Shown here piece by piece: positions 18,763-29,873 of a stretch of DNA of 64,000 bases. Below the pieces are notes generated by a model, which saw only the letters and a list, made by a program, of their open reading frames with translations, was not told where the DNA came from and ran no database searches. Made by a program: the position numbers and the translations under genes. Each line of letters begins with the position of its first letter. Positions within the stretch are counted from its first letter, which is position 1. Source of the stretch: Candidatus Babeliales bacterium (GTDB lineage: Bacteria; Babelota; Babeliae; Babelales; JBFXEV01); assembly GCA_050179755.1 (NCBI GenBank), contig JBFXEV010000001.1, positions 1,257,994 through 1,321,993 on the forward strand. The letters are read 5' to 3'.

Positions 18763-20331
18763 TTACCGCGCGTATTCGATTGAACGCTTCTCGCGAATAA
18801 CGTTCACTTTAATTTGCCCTGGAAATGACATTTCTTTTTCAATAAGTCGCGCTACGTCACGTGCAAGAAGTGCTGCTTTATCATCATCCAAGAAATCTTC
18901 TTGTACAATAATGCGCAACTCCCTACCCGCTTGTAATGCATATGCTTTTTTAACGCCATCAAATGTTGCAGCTATTTCTTCTAGTTTTGCAAGACGCTTA
19001 ATATATGCAGAAAGCGTTTCACGCCGCGCTCCAGGCCGTGATGCAGAAATGGTATCTGCAATCTGCACAATTGGCGCATACACAGAAATAAATGGAACAT
19101 CATCATGGTGAGCAGCTATTGCATTCACTACAATATCTTTTTCGCCACAACGTTTTGCAATTTCCCCGCCAAGAATAGCATGAGGGCCATCAACTTCGGC
19201 AGTAATTGCTTTACCAATATCATGGAATAAACCAGCTCGTGCTGCAATATCACCATCAAGGCCAAGCTCTTGCGCAATCATCCGTGCAAAAAAGCCAACT
19301 TCCATGCTATGCGTAAGCACATTTTGAGAGAAGCTTGTTCTAAACTGTAATTTACCAAGCAGCGTCACCATCTCAGGATGAATCCCTTGCAAGTTAAATT
19401 CTAAAATAGCATTTTTACCGTATTCAATAATATTTTCATCAAGCTCGCGCTCGCATTGCATAACCGTTTCTTCAATACGCGTGGGGTTGATACGCCCGTC
19501 TTGTACTAATTTTTCCAAAGCTCTGCGTGCTACTTCACGCCGTATTGGGTTAAACCCAGAAATAGTTATAATTTCCGGCGTTTCACCAATCACAAATTCC
19601 ATGCCAGTAGCCATTTCAAGGGATTTAATATTACGGCCTTCTTTGCCGATAATACGCCCTTTCATTTCCTCGCTTGGCAAATGAACTACATTAGATGAAT
19701 GCGTGGATACTTGATCGGCAGTATAACGCTGCATTGCGCCCACAATAATATCTATTGATTTTTGTTTTGCAATTTGACGAGAATCTTCTTCTACTTTTTG
19801 AATCCACTTTTCATTAGAAAGTTTTACTTCACCATCAAGCGTTGCAAAAAGCTCTTTGCGAGCTTCCTCACGCGTCATATTGGCAACAGTTTCTAACTTA
19901 GTAATAAGTTCTGTATACAGTTTTTTGAGAGCTTGCTCATTAACGCGCAACTTATCAGCAGTATGCGATATTTGGCGCTCCTTTTGCTGCAACTCAGCCG
20001 CCAATTGCTCGAGCCTTATTTCTTTTTGATCAACGAGAACAGATTTAGCGTTCACCTTATCAAGTTGGCGCTCTGCATCAAGGCGATCACGCTTTAATTC
20101 AGTATCAAATTCGCTACGTCGTTTGCGTAATTCTTCTTTTAATTGCGCGAGCGAGTCTTTGCGTTCAAGTTCAATGCTTTTTTTGGCCCGTTCCCAAGTA
20201 TCATTTGCCTCATGCAAAAGTTTACTGGCAGCAGACCACTTAGATTTAGCAAGCCATAATAACCCAATGCTCAGCAGAATACCCATTCCACCAACCATCG
20301 CAATTATCTGGTAGATTGTCAGTATTTCCAT
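18763..20331 (-). CDS. rny: Ribonuclease Y
   Basis: N-terminal TM, coiled coil, KH motif KGRIIGKEGRNI, HD motif FHDIGK, SASRPGARRE. Confidence 0.97.
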   Translation of the reverse strand: MEILTIYQIIAMVGGMGILLSIGLLWLAKSKWSAASKLLHEANDTWERAKKSIELERKDSLAQLKEELRKRRSEFDTELKRDRLDAERQLDKVNAKSVLVDQKEIRLEQLAAELQQKERQISHTADKLRVNEQALKKLYTELITKLETVANMTREEARKELFATLDGEVKLSNEKWIQKVEEDSRQIAKQKSIDIIVGAMQRYTADQVSTHSSNVVHLPSEEMKGRIIGKEGRNIKSLEMATGMEFVIGETPEIITISGFNPIRREVARRALEKLVQDGRINPTRIEETVMQCERELDENIIEYGKNAILEFNLQGIHPEMVTLLGKLQFRTSFSQNVLTHSMEVGFFARMIAQELGLDGDIAARAGLFHDIGKAITAEVDGPHAILGGEIAKRCGEKDIVVNAIAAHHDDVPFISVYAPIVQIADTISASRPGARRETLSAYIKRLAKLEEIAATFDGVKKAYALQAGRELRIIVQEDFLDDDKAALLARDVARLIEKEMSFPGQIKVNVIREKRSIEYAR

Positions 20332-20443
20332 AGCCTATCTTCCATTCATATATACTTAATACCACGCGGTTTTCCCACGCTCGATGCTCATGCGGCTCAC
20401 GCCTTTAACAAAAAAATGAACGAAACAAAAAGGCAATACTGCT

Positions 20444-20737
20444 TTATAGCTCTTGTTGAGATGGCAATGTCTTTTGAATCAATTCTATAAGCTGTAAGGC
20501 ATGATCATCATATACTTCTTGTGATGCTTGCCCTTCAAGAAACCTATGCGCCATTTGTAAGGCCACAAGCACGGCGGCACGCTTTTCATCCACTAAAGGC
20601 GTTTTTGTTTTCACTTCTTTTAAGGATGAATCTACAAGCGCCGCTGCCTGATTAATATAATCAAGGGGGCGATCACTGACCAATGAGTATGATTGACCAC
20701 AAACAATCACATCATACCGCTTTATTGCTTCACTCAT
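20444..20737 (-). CDS. zapA: Cell division protein ZapA
   Basis: GQSYSL...AAALVD...AAVLVALQMA pattern; synteny with rny. Confidence 0.8.
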   Translation of the reverse strand: MSEAIKRYDVIVCGQSYSLVSDRPLDYINQAAALVDSSLKEVKTKTPLVDEKRAAVLVALQMAHRFLEGQASQEVYDDHALQLIELIQKTLPSQQEL

Positions 20738-20988
20738 GGTTGCACTTCATTGCTTACTAAAGCATTAATATTTCTAATTAAATCATCCACTACTGCCTTA
20801 GTTGCTTCTTTTTCTTGATGTAATTGATCAAGCGCTTGTGTCTCTTGACGCACTGAAGATTCAAGAGCTTGAACTTCTTTTAAAAGCATCGCATTCTCTG
20901 CTTCCAGCGCTGCATTTGCTTTTTTTAAGTCATTCACCAACCCCACAAGTAGGGCGATTTTTTCTTCTAACAAGGTTAATGCATTCAT
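20734..20988 (-). CDS. ZapB-like coiled-coil protein
   Basis: LEEKIALLV...LEAEN coiled coil directly upstream of zapA. Confidence 0.7.
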   Translation of the reverse strand: MNALTLLEEKIALLVGLVNDLKKANAALEAENAMLLKEVQALESSVRQETQALDQLHQEKEATKAVVDDLIRNINALVSNEVQP

Positions 20989-21105
20989 GGTATCTCCTTT
21001 TTTAAGCGCTCGATTAGAGCTCTTTACCTGTTTGGTAAGAAACTATCTTACAAAACTCAAGATAGCTTCTTACACTTGCAGTATACTCATCTTGCAAATT
21101 GAGTG

Positions 21106-21465
21106 TCAAGAAGAGCGTCCTTGACCAGATAAAGTTACCAATTGCGTAAATATTGCAGGATCATAAATGGCTAATTGACTTAGCATTTTGCGATTTAAAG
21201 GCACTTGCGCTAATTTTAATCCGTGAATGAACTTGTTATATTTAGTGCCATTTTGCTTGCATGCTGCACTGATACGAGCAATAAACAATGCTCGCGTATC
21301 ACGCTTCATTAATTTACGGCTTTTAAAAGCATACGCCATTGCACGCATTAACGTTTCATGAGCACGCTTGAAAATATTTTTACGTTGGCCCCAGTAGCCT
21401 TTAGTTTGATCGAGTAGTCTTTTGTGGCGTTTCTTTACCACAATACCACGTTTAACACGTGTCAT
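21106..21465 (-). CDS. rplT: 50S ribosomal protein L20
   Basis: MTRVKRG...KGYWG...LNRKMLSQLA. Confidence 0.97.
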   Translation of the reverse strand: MTRVKRGIVVKKRHKRLLDQTKGYWGQRKNIFKRAHETLMRAMAYAFKSRKLMKRDTRALFIARISAACKQNGTKYNKFIHGLKLAQVPLNRKMLSQLAIYDPAIFTQLVTLSGQGRSS

Positions 21466-21503
21466 CGTTTATATTCCTTCTAAATCCAGTTCATTATAAT
21501 AAA

Positions 21504-21698
21504 TTAATATGGCAACAACCATGCAACTACTTTAGCATCAGCTTTGCATAAGTAGGCAGCTTGTCTTAAATCGCGTTTGCGCTTACTTGATTTTTTACCA
21601 AGCAAGTGGCGGCGAAACGCTTGTGAATACTTTATCAAGCCGCTTTTCATTTTCTTAAAGCGTTTTTTAGCACTTGATTTTGTTTTTATTTTAGGCAT
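21504..21698 (-). CDS. rpmI: 50S ribosomal protein L35
   Basis: MPKIKTKSSAKKRF...RHLL..KSSKRKR. Confidence 0.97.
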   Translation of the reverse strand: MPKIKTKSSAKKRFKKMKSGLIKYSQAFRRHLLGKKSSKRKRDLRQAAYLCKADAKVVAWLLPY

Positions 21699-21720
21699 GA
21701 ATATTATTTCCTATTAATAC

Positions 21721-22278
21721 TTACTTACTTTTAACAAAATAAACACGTGACCAAAAAGGGCCTTGTTTGGCTTCTTTTTCATGAGCAAAATTACCAACTT
21801 CTAGTTCACGAAACGTTTGTTCTACACGCTCAAACATGTCTGTACCACGCTCTTGCCGCGTAGTTATTTCACGGCCACGAAATTGAAGCGTCATCTTAAC
21901 ATGCTTGCCTTCTTTTAAAAAACTTGCAGCCTGTTTGATTTTGGTCTGAAAATCGTGTTCACCTATTTTTGGGCGTACTTTGATTTCTTTAACCTGAATC
22001 ACCGACTGATGCTTTTTAGCTTCTGTTTGCTTCTTTTTCTTTTCATACAGTAGCTTGCCGTAATCCATAATTTTGGTAACCGGCACATCATCTTTACCAG
22101 TTGGCGCAATAAGCACCAAGTCAAGTTCTGCAGCACGTGCTATGCTAATAGCCTCATGCAACGGAAGCACACCAAGATTTCCTCCATCTTGGCCAATTAC
22201 TTGCACCATGTCCGCCTTAATATTATTATTAATCGGCGGCAATTGTGGGCGTGGTTTTCTGCTAGTGTCGTTCAAAAT
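21721..22278 (-). CDS. infC: Translation initiation factor IF-3, probably with an ATT start
   Basis: KIMDYGK, KEIKVRPKIGEHD, FRGRE; in-frame ATT precedes the TTG, and AUU starts are typical of infC. Confidence 0.95.
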   Translation of the reverse strand: MLNDTSRKPRPQLPPINNNIKADMVQVIGQDGGNLGVLPLHEAISIARAAELDLVLIAPTGKDDVPVTKIMDYGKLLYEKKKKQTEAKKHQSVIQVKEIKVRPKIGEHDFQTKIKQAASFLKEGKHVKMTLQFRGREITTRQERGTDMFERVEQTFRELEVGNFAHEKEAKQGPFWSRVYFVKSK

Positions 22279-22291
22279 GATGCTCTTTCCT

Positions 22292-23356
22292 CTACGCTTT
22301 ATGTTGGCGTTCTTGGTATACTATCTGAATTCGCTCTTCTATTTTACGAGCAATGTCAGGATTATCACGTACATACTGTAATGCTTGCTCTCGCCCTTGC
22401 GCTATATTTTTGCCCTCAAATGAGAACCAAGCACCTGATTTACCAAGTACTTCATAGTGCAATGCTGCATCAAGCAAATCAAGTTCTTTACTAATTCCTT
22501 GGCTAAATATCAAATCAAGTTCCACCCGTTTAAACGGAGCTGCAACCTTATTTTTAACCACTTTAATACATACTCGATTTCCAAAATGATCTTCATCTTT
22601 TTTAAGTGAAGCAATGCGGCGTACTTCAATACGCATTGAAGAATAAAATTTCAACGCATTACCACCAGTGGTAGTTTCTTTAGGTGCAAACGGCATGCTA
22701 TTAATAGTTTGGCGCACCTGGTTAATAAAGATCAGCACCGTCTTAGACTTATGTACCACCGGCGTTAACTTACGCAAAGCCTGTGACATTAAGCGAGCCT
22801 GCAAGCCCACGTGCACGTCACCCATTTCACCATCAAGCTCAGCCTTAGGAACTAATGCTGCCACCGAGTCAATAACCACTATATCAATAGCGCCAGAACG
22901 AATAAGCATTTCGGCAATATCAAGCGCCTGCTCACCATAATCTGGTTGCGATATAATAAGATCATCTATATTAATACCTAAATTTGCAGCATAGACTGAA
23001 TCAAGCGCATGCTCTGCATCAATAAATGCACAAATACCCCCGCGCCGTTGCGCTTGGGCAATAGCATGCATAGCAAGCGTTGTCTTACCAGAAGCTTCTG
23101 GTCCATAAATTTCAATAATACGGCCTCGCGGAAAACCGCCTACTCCTAATGCGTGGTCTATCAAGATTGACCCGGTAGAAATAGTATCAACTGACATATT
23201 GGGAGTATCTCCCAACCGCATAACCGAGCCTTTGCCATATTGTTTATCAATCTGCGCAAAAGTGACTTCTAACGCTTTATTTTTTTGTACTATTTCTTGA
23301 TCAGTCGCCACGGCAAGGCCGGGGCTAGCTTTCTTTTCGACAATTTTTTGACTCAT
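22292..23356 (-). CDS. recA: Recombinase A
   Basis: [48 protein letters not shown]. Confidence 0.99.
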   Translation of the reverse strand: MSQKIVEKKASPGLAVATDQEIVQKNKALEVTFAQIDKQYGKGSVMRLGDTPNMSVDTISTGSILIDHALGVGGFPRGRIIEIYGPEASGKTTLAMHAIAQAQRRGGICAFIDAEHALDSVYAANLGINIDDLIISQPDYGEQALDIAEMLIRSGAIDIVVIDSVAALVPKAELDGEMGDVHVGLQARLMSQALRKLTPVVHKSKTVLIFINQVRQTINSMPFAPKETTTGGNALKFYSSMRIEVRRIASLKKDEDHFGNRVCIKVVKNKVAAPFKRVELDLIFSQGISKELDLLDAALHYEVLGKSGAWFSFEGKNIAQGREQALQYVRDNPDIARKIEERIQIVYQERQHKA

Positions 23357-23361
23357 GCTGC

Positions 23362-25308
23362 TTATGCTTTCGGTTGTAAATTGATCTGATCGCTTAATTT
23401 CAGTGTAGCATTTCTATATAAAGAAGCAACCAAAGAACGCTGTTTACGCGCTATTTCCTCTTGGTATAATTGCTGAGTAAGCGCCTCATTTTTTGCTTCA
23501 AACTGAGCCTGGTCAAACGGCTCAACTTCTGTAACCTTGATAATAAATCCATGCTGCCCTTGAGCAAATGCATCACTAGACCCCTTGCCAGCAAGCCCTA
23601 GGAGCCGCTCTGCAGGAACACCTGCTGCTGTTAGCTTTTCGATTTCAGCCTGGCTTTCTTGGGTCATTAAAGGCGTTTCCTTATAAGAACCCCCTAGCAT
23701 GCGGGCTACTTGCTCAATAGGCATTTCCTGCAGAAGCCCTGTTGCTTTTTTGAGATCTGCATCTAACAACCGCTGAGCTTCTTTTGCAAGAAAATCTTTC
23801 TTTACCTGAGCTTTTACTGTTTCTAATGCCGGTTCATGGCGCTTGACTACGCTGGTGACGTGCACTAACACGCCATTATCGCCTGCAAGGGCCGTTTGCC
23901 AATCTCCTTGTTTACCAGAAAATAAAGCTTTTATGATTGGCTCTTCGCCACGTTCAGCATTTTGGAGCGCTTGCTTTACGCCACCTTTTTGTGCAATAAA
24001 CTGGTTAATTGCTTGTACATCGCCACTGCGTGCTATCTGACGCGCTTCACGCTCAAATGCTTTTTGAAATTGAGCACGTTCAAGGCGTGCAACGATTGCT
24101 GGTTTTACTTCTTCAAATGATTTATATTGGATTGGTTTTCGTGCAACTCGCTGAATAATTTCCAAGCCATCATCTGTGCTGAAAATTTCAGAAACAGCGC
24201 CATCCTCTTTTAACGCAAAAAGAGCTTTACGCACTTCAGGGCTCAATTGCTCACGCGTTAACCAACTTGATAAACCGCCTTTGGATGCAAGGCTTTTATT
24301 ATCTGAATATTCTTTTGCAAGTTGTGCAAATTGTGCAGGATCTTTTTTTGCAAGCTCTTCTACTTTTTGCGCTTTCTCACGAATAGTATCAGTGATTCCT
24401 TCTTTAGGATCTTTTGCTATCGTAATTGATCTAATCTGAAATTGTGTAGGAGATTCCACATACGTATGTTTTACTCGTTCATATTGGGCTTTTGCTTGAT
24501 CATCAGAAATGGCAATGCCAAAAGCCGATGGTGCAAATTGCCATACGTCACCACTGCGTTTTTCTGGCTGCATATAACGCGCAGCTTCTGCCTTGAAAAA
24601 GCTTTGTAATTGTTCATCATGTACACCAGCAGCTTCTGCTTTCTTTATATATGATTCAAGTGGCAATGTAACAATGCCATATTTACGACCAAGGCTTGAT
24701 CGCTCATAAAGTTCTTGTAAGTCATTCGGTTCAATATAAACAGAGCCTGCAACAAGCCCCATAAGCGTGCTTGCACGCAATGCGCGCTCTACTGCTCTAT
24801 CAAAATCAGCTTGATGAAGACCTAATTGCGTAAGATAATGATGCAACGCTTCACCATTAATAAGTCCAGTACGTAAATCAAGAACTTCTACTGGTATCAC
24901 ATGTAATAAATTGTTTATGATAAATTGCGAATCAATCAGCTTACGTGCCACCAAACCATGATCAACAGCCAAGTGAGTTTCTCGTGCCGCTTGATCCATG
25001 AGCGTATCTTGCACTAATCCGTCATAAGCATTTTTTTCAGGATTATCTAGACCGAGCATGCTCAAATACATGTCAGCCTGTGGCCCCATACGCTGACGTA
25101 ACAATTCCACGCGATCACGCTCATGCTGTAAACGCCAAGCAAAATCTGTAAAACTAACTTCATCTCCATTTACTTGCACTGCTGCAGTGGATTTCATACT
25201 TCTTTCTAAAATAGCCGGTAGGTATCCTATAACCATTGCAATCATAGTAAGCCAGAGTACTATTTGCAAAAGAGTCTTTTTAAAACTTTTGCGCGTTTGG
25301 GTAATCAT
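23362..25308 (-). CDS. PpiD/SurA-like membrane-anchored parvulin chaperone
   Basis: N-terminal TM, VNGDEV SurA_N-like region, [10 protein letters not shown]...KGGL parvulin motif. Confidence 0.85.
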   Translation of the reverse strand: MITQTRKSFKKTLLQIVLWLTMIAMVIGYLPAILERSMKSTAAVQVNGDEVSFTDFAWRLQHERDRVELLRQRMGPQADMYLSMLGLDNPEKNAYDGLVQDTLMDQAARETHLAVDHGLVARKLIDSQFIINNLLHVIPVEVLDLRTGLINGEALHHYLTQLGLHQADFDRAVERALRASTLMGLVAGSVYIEPNDLQELYERSSLGRKYGIVTLPLESYIKKAEAAGVHDEQLQSFFKAEAARYMQPEKRSGDVWQFAPSAFGIAISDDQAKAQYERVKHTYVESPTQFQIRSITIAKDPKEGITDTIREKAQKVEELAKKDPAQFAQLAKEYSDNKSLASKGGLSSWLTREQLSPEVRKALFALKEDGAVSEIFSTDDGLEIIQRVARKPIQYKSFEEVKPAIVARLERAQFQKAFEREARQIARSGDVQAINQFIAQKGGVKQALQNAERGEEPIIKALFSGKQGDWQTALAGDNGVLVHVTSVVKRHEPALETVKAQVKKDFLAKEAQRLLDADLKKATGLLQEMPIEQVARMLGGSYKETPLMTQESQAEIEKLTAAGVPAERLLGLAGKGSSDAFAQGQHGFIIKVTEVEPFDQAQFEAKNEALTQQLYQEEIARKQRSLVASLYRNATLKLSDQINLQPKA

Positions 25309-25325
25309 CGCATTCCTCTCTTAAT

Positions 25326-25943
25326 TTAAGCATTTTGTGCAACAATACGCACATCATGTAATTTTTCTATCTGTTTTATACGATCTACTAACGCCACTAA
25401 CTGCTGATGATCAGCAAATGGTTTAGTGACTACTTGATACCACGTTCTCTTTTTACCACCTGCCATGCGGCTTGTTTGTGGAGCAACCACTACTTCAGAT
25501 ACGCCACTATGTGCAAGTTTTTTAACAAACTGATTTGCATTACGTTGACTACCAAAACCAATCAGTTTTGCAACATACTGCTTATCTGATGCACCCGGCG
25601 TTGTAACCTGCTCTGCTGTTACTACTTCTTGCGTTTCTGATTGTGCGTCTTGCACACTAGAATCTTCAGAAGTCTCGTTACTCATTGCAAGTGAATCAAG
25701 CGGACTTGGTGCTGGTGCTATAGTATTCAATGCAACTTGCATTTTGTCAACGAGTGCCTCTTCAGTAACTGCCGTCATAAATGCTTGTGTTGCGTGCTTT
25801 TTCCCCCAAAAATACCCGGTTACAAAAATAAAGAGGCACAGCACGCTACTTGCTGCAACCATACGACTTACCGAAGTACGATTCAATGCAAGTACTGTTG
25901 TATCTTGACACGGGCATGGACCATCAAATGTTTTTTTCATCAT
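25326..25943 (-). CDS. SPOR-domain membrane protein (FtsN/DedD-like)
   Basis: TM (FIFVTGYFWGK), low-complexity linker, C-terminal GFGSQRNA...WYQVV SPOR-like domain. Confidence 0.7.
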   Translation of the reverse strand: MMKKTFDGPCPCQDTTVLALNRTSVSRMVAASSVLCLFIFVTGYFWGKKHATQAFMTAVTEEALVDKMQVALNTIAPAPSPLDSLAMSNETSEDSSVQDAQSETQEVVTAEQVTTPGASDKQYVAKLIGFGSQRNANQFVKKLAHSGVSEVVVAPQTSRMAGGKKRTWYQVVTKPFADHQQLVALVDRIKQIEKLHDVRIVAQNA

Positions 25944-26033
25944 AAATATCCTTTTTATGGTATATCATAACCAGTATTCAACCTATGGATGGCACCAGTA
26001 TAGCATCTTTTTATTCATCTGCCAGCATTTATA

Positions 26034-26987
26034 TTAAACCATTAACGCGCGCAATTTTTTGATCAACTGCTCAGCATATTCTTGCATGTTACGCTCAGAC
26101 ATAATAATAGTTTCTACTGGATATTTGTGCTCTTTTAATTTTTTTTCCAACATACGCCAAAATGTGCGTTGCCGCTTTGCGTATTGCCGCGTTCTTTGCG
26201 CAATGAATTCTTCAAGCATTTCATGCTCTTCTGGCCCCGGATCAGCAACCTCTAAAAATCTCAATATATCATCATACCCAATAATTTTTTTACGCAACAA
26301 AAATGGCTCCCACGGCGTACCTTTTAATGCTTTTACTTCATCTATCCATCCTGCCTGAAGCATCTGCCGCACACGCTTTGCAATGCGCATACTAAGTTCT
26401 TCTGTATCTCGCGTCAAAAAAATCATATGATATGGCGCCAATGGGTCATACGTGGGCACATATTCAGACGGCTTAATGCCGGTAATGCGCCAAATTTCAA
26501 GGGCACGTTTAATTCTAAAGTGATCGTGAGGGTCAATATGGCGTGCGCGCTCGGGATCAATAAAAGAAAGCTGCTGCCAAAGATCTTCACCTGGCGGTTC
26601 ATGCGTTACCGGCACTGCATCAACTTCCGCCTTTGGCGGAAAAAATAATGAAGCCAAATAAAAACTTGATCCCCCTACCACAATAGGCAATTTACCACGC
26701 CGCCAAATATTTTCTAAAATAATTTTTAAACAATCACGATATTGCGCTACCGTTAAATCGCGAGGTTCATCTAAAGTATCAAACCCATGATGTGGTATGT
26801 CACTTGCTTGCCAATCGGGCTTGGCAGTGCCAATAGAAAGAGGCGTATAACATTGCCCCATATCAGCGTTTACAATTTCTGCAGACAATGCGCGTGCAAG
26901 ATGTTCGGCAAAGTCAGACTTACCCACGCCAGTAGGGCCTGCAATAATAAGAAAATAAGGGTGCTTAAGCATAAAAAGGCTTTCCAT
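26034..26987 (-). CDS. miaA: tRNA dimethylallyltransferase
   Basis: GPTGVGKS, IGTAKP, VGGSSFY, TRQYAKRQRTF. Confidence 0.96.
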   Translation of the reverse strand: MESLFMLKHPYFLIIAGPTGVGKSDFAEHLARALSAEIVNADMGQCYTPLSIGTAKPDWQASDIPHHGFDTLDEPRDLTVAQYRDCLKIILENIWRRGKLPIVVGGSSFYLASLFFPPKAEVDAVPVTHEPPGEDLWQQLSFIDPERARHIDPHDHFRIKRALEIWRITGIKPSEYVPTYDPLAPYHMIFLTRDTEELSMRIAKRVRQMLQAGWIDEVKALKGTPWEPFLLRKKIIGYDDILRFLEVADPGPEEHEMLEEFIAQRTRQYAKRQRTFWRMLEKKLKEHKYPVETIIMSERNMQEYAEQLIKKLRALMV

Positions 26988-27084
26988 TAACTGAGTATAC
27001 TGTTAAGGTTACCCTGCTCAAGAAAAGGTGTAAAGTATGAGTTAGTCCTGTAATAAACTCATGTTACAGGACTCGTTTGAAAAT

Positions 27085-27615
27085 TTAGATAGAAGTTTGT
27101 TTAAGTGGCAAAGTAAACACGCCTTGGAAAACTGATCGTATATATTCAAGCGCTTTCGCTTGAGGTGTTTGCTGAGAGATTGCAATTTCTTCTGCCAATA
27201 ATGTTTCGGCACGGTCAAGTAAGGTTTTTTCACCATATGAAAGCTCTTTATGAAGCTCAATATGCTTTAATTCTCGATACATTACCGAAATATCTTCCAG
27301 CTTACCCGACATTAACTTGTGTTGATACTCTTTATGACGGCGTGACCAGTTAGCGGCTGTTAACTCTGTAGCATCTTTTGTACGCGTGGGTTTTGCAAGT
27401 ACTGCAAAAACAGTTTCAAGCGTTTCGGCGCGCGTGATAGCTCGTAAACCTATAGTATGGGCATTAATAGTTGGAACAAGGAACGTCATTTCTTGGCTTA
27501 AAAATTTTAATTCATAAAATGAACTGGTACAACTTCCCATTTTTTTAACAATGATTCGGTTGACGAGAGCAACGCCGTGACCAGGATAGACTACTTTTTC
27601 ATACTGCTCAAACAT
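27085..27615 (-). CDS. carD: CarD/CdnL family transcription factor
   Basis: VVYPGHGV, GLR, NWSRR, LSYGEK...LAEE. Confidence 0.9.
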   Translation of the reverse strand: MFEQYEKVVYPGHGVALVNRIIVKKMGSCTSSFYELKFLSQEMTFLVPTINAHTIGLRAITRAETLETVFAVLAKPTRTKDATELTAANWSRRHKEYQHKLMSGKLEDISVMYRELKHIELHKELSYGEKTLLDRAETLLAEEIAISQQTPQAKALEYIRSVFQGVFTLPLKQTSI

Positions 27616-27718
27616 GGCAAACCCTTTTATTTAGATACGGCACATTACCAATACCAAAAAGCAGTTTCCTGTACAAAACTAGTATACTCTCTTTATTACA
27701 ATATTTGAATTAACGCCA

Positions 27719-28444
27719 CTAGGCGCACACCATCGCTCTTTCTTTGCTATTTTCTTTTGCACCGCCAGCCGCTTCAGCCTTTTCAGATGTCATAATAGTT
27801 ATTATTCCTTCCACAAGCGAATTTATTGAATGAGAAATAATTGCCGGCGGCACCCACCAGTTATGCCACAGCCATACAAAAAAGCTATCTTCACCCTGAT
27901 ATGTTTGATCAAGTAATTCAATAATTTCGCGCGCAATAGAATCAAGCAATGCAAGCAGCTCTCGAATTGGCAATGCAGCAATGAGCCGATATAATTCAAG
28001 CATCTGTGCAACTGTCACGCGCATGGTAGAACGTTGCAATTGGCTAAGCATGGTACTATATAAATGCATATCAAGAAAGGCTACTTCTTTGCACAATAAC
28101 TGATCTTCCGGAGATTGGGTATATGACTTTTTAAAGTGATGCCAAACTCTAAAAAATGGATCGAGGCTTTGCTCACGCTCCATATCATTAAAACAAGTTA
28201 TCATGACCGGATGTGTAACTTGCACTACCGAGCGCAATAGGCTCATATCAAATGCATGTTTACGCGCAGTTTTTACCGCACATCGCTTACTCGTTTGATA
28301 CCACGATTCCACGTTGGTCATATGTTCATCTAAACGAGCAACAACTTCTTGCACATCAAAATCTTCATTTACCGTTACCAGAGCAGGATCCATCGCACAC
28401 AATTTTGCACCAATAAGTACTATCATAAGCGTAAGATGTTTCAT
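27719..28444 (-). CDS. Exported hypothetical protein, WWxPP-motif family
   Basis: GGAG RBS before MKHLT; signal ending LCA|M; WLWHNWWVPP. Confidence 0.7.
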   Translation of the reverse strand: MKHLTLMIVLIGAKLCAMDPALVTVNEDFDVQEVVARLDEHMTNVESWYQTSKRCAVKTARKHAFDMSLLRSVVQVTHPVMITCFNDMEREQSLDPFFRVWHHFKKSYTQSPEDQLLCKEVAFLDMHLYSTMLSQLQRSTMRVTVAQMLELYRLIAALPIRELLALLDSIAREIIELLDQTYQGEDSFFVWLWHNWWVPPAIISHSINSLVEGIITIMTSEKAEAAGGAKENSKERAMVCA

Positions 28445-28590
28445 AGTAAGCTCCTTTGCACTAAGCATCTAAATTCCATCTTAGTTGTAGCATAGGAATA
28501 TATCTGTTGAAAAGAGATGCCGCAATATTGCGTTTACCTGGCTTTTATACTACACTTTTTGCAAGTTCGTTTATTGCACAACAGGATTTT

Positions 28591-29850
28591 ATGCTTCACA
28601 GACGTATAACTAGTTTAGTTCTTGTTTTGTTTTTCAATCATCTGTATGGCATGCAGCCATACCAAGCACAAGTTGTTCACATTACGTCGCCCACAGGCGT
28701 AACACATTTTGATATGGCTACCAGTACATTTATTTCAAAAGACGGCGTACGCAGATTGAAAATGCCGCCACTTAAAATTACGGTTGAATTAAACCCTGAT
28801 ACGCGGCCCTACCCGCGTGTTTGCACAGATCAACCTCCACAGTTTCCTTTAAAGACGGCGCTTGCTTGGGATAAACCAGATGGGCTTATAGAGTATTACT
28901 CAAACTGGCGTGGTCTTCATTTAGTTTCAGATTATCAACAAAGTATAGCAGGTTCTTTAGAACAAGCTGCAAAATTTCCTGCCAAAAAGGTAACGGCAAT
29001 AATTGCCTTTCTTCTTACAAAATTAGATCCTCATTATATAGCACGTGTTGACTGCTTACTTGACGATGCTACAGATAATGATCACAGAGAACTTATCCGT
29101 TATATTGCAACACATTTTGCCTATCCTTACACCGCATGGGCTTTATACGACTCAATCAAAAGCCAAAATATAAAGCGCCTTGGTAGTTTACTGGCAGCTG
29201 GCGTATCTGTAGACAAAGGTCTTGGAGCAAAAGGACTATCCCAAACAATTATACATGATGACAAGGAATTTGCAGTGATTACTGAACATCTTGCACATTT
29301 TCCGTTACATCTTGCAGCAAATCTTGGTGCTGCTGAAGTGGTGCTTTTACTTCTTAAATACAATGCAAACGCCACGCGCCTTGATTGTTATAATAATCCG
29401 CCTGTTAAAGCTGCGTTATATGGATTTAAAGAACAAGAAAGTGAAGAAGTTGTTAGTAAAAGAATCTTTCTTATAAAAGAATTACTTAAGGCAATGCCAG
29501 CAGATAAGCGGCCACTCCCTCATGAAGCTGAATTGCTGCTAGTGCCTACAACAGTGCGAGCAAAAGTTAATGAAGTGTTTCAATCATTCTTACCGCCCGC
29601 ACCACCGCAAGTAAAAATGATTGAAGATTTCACACCTCAAGAATTAGCGCATTTTGAAAAAAATAAAAAAAGAATCTGTGCTGCTTCAACATTACTTACA
29701 GCACTTTGTACTGGTGCTTGCATAGTGATTTATGAAAAATGCTGCAAAGATGCTAATTCAGATGAAAAACCAACGCAATGGAAAGTTCCTCCTACTGCAA
29801 CAGCAAAAGGAAAAAGTAATGCTCATAAAAACCAGAGAAGAACTCAATAA
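28591..29850 (+). CDS. Exported ankyrin protein with a C-terminal hydrophobic anchor (divergent member of the PWDYY-domain family)
   Basis: AGGA RBS; signal ending LYG|M; FPLHLAA; C-terminal TM; paralogous to the next gene. Confidence 0.8.
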   Translation: MLHRRITSLVLVLFFNHLYGMQPYQAQVVHITSPTGVTHFDMATSTFISKDGVRRLKMPPLKITVELNPDTRPYPRVCTDQPPQFPLKTALAWDKPDGLIEYYSNWRGLHLVSDYQQSIAGSLEQAAKFPAKKVTAIIAFLLTKLDPHYIARVDCLLDDATDNDHRELIRYIATHFAYPYTAWALYDSIKSQNIKRLGSLLAAGVSVDKGLGAKGLSQTIIHDDKEFAVITEHLAHFPLHLAANLGAAEVVLLLLKYNANATRLDCYNNPPVKAALYGFKEQESEEVVSKRIFLIKELLKAMPADKRPLPHEAELLLVPTTVRAKVNEVFQSFLPPAPPQVKMIEDFTPQELAHFEKNKKRICAASTLLTALCTGACIVIYEKCCKDANSDEKPTQWKVPPTATAKGKSNAHKNQRRTQ

Positions 29851-29873
29851 ACATTCATTTTAAAAGGGATATT

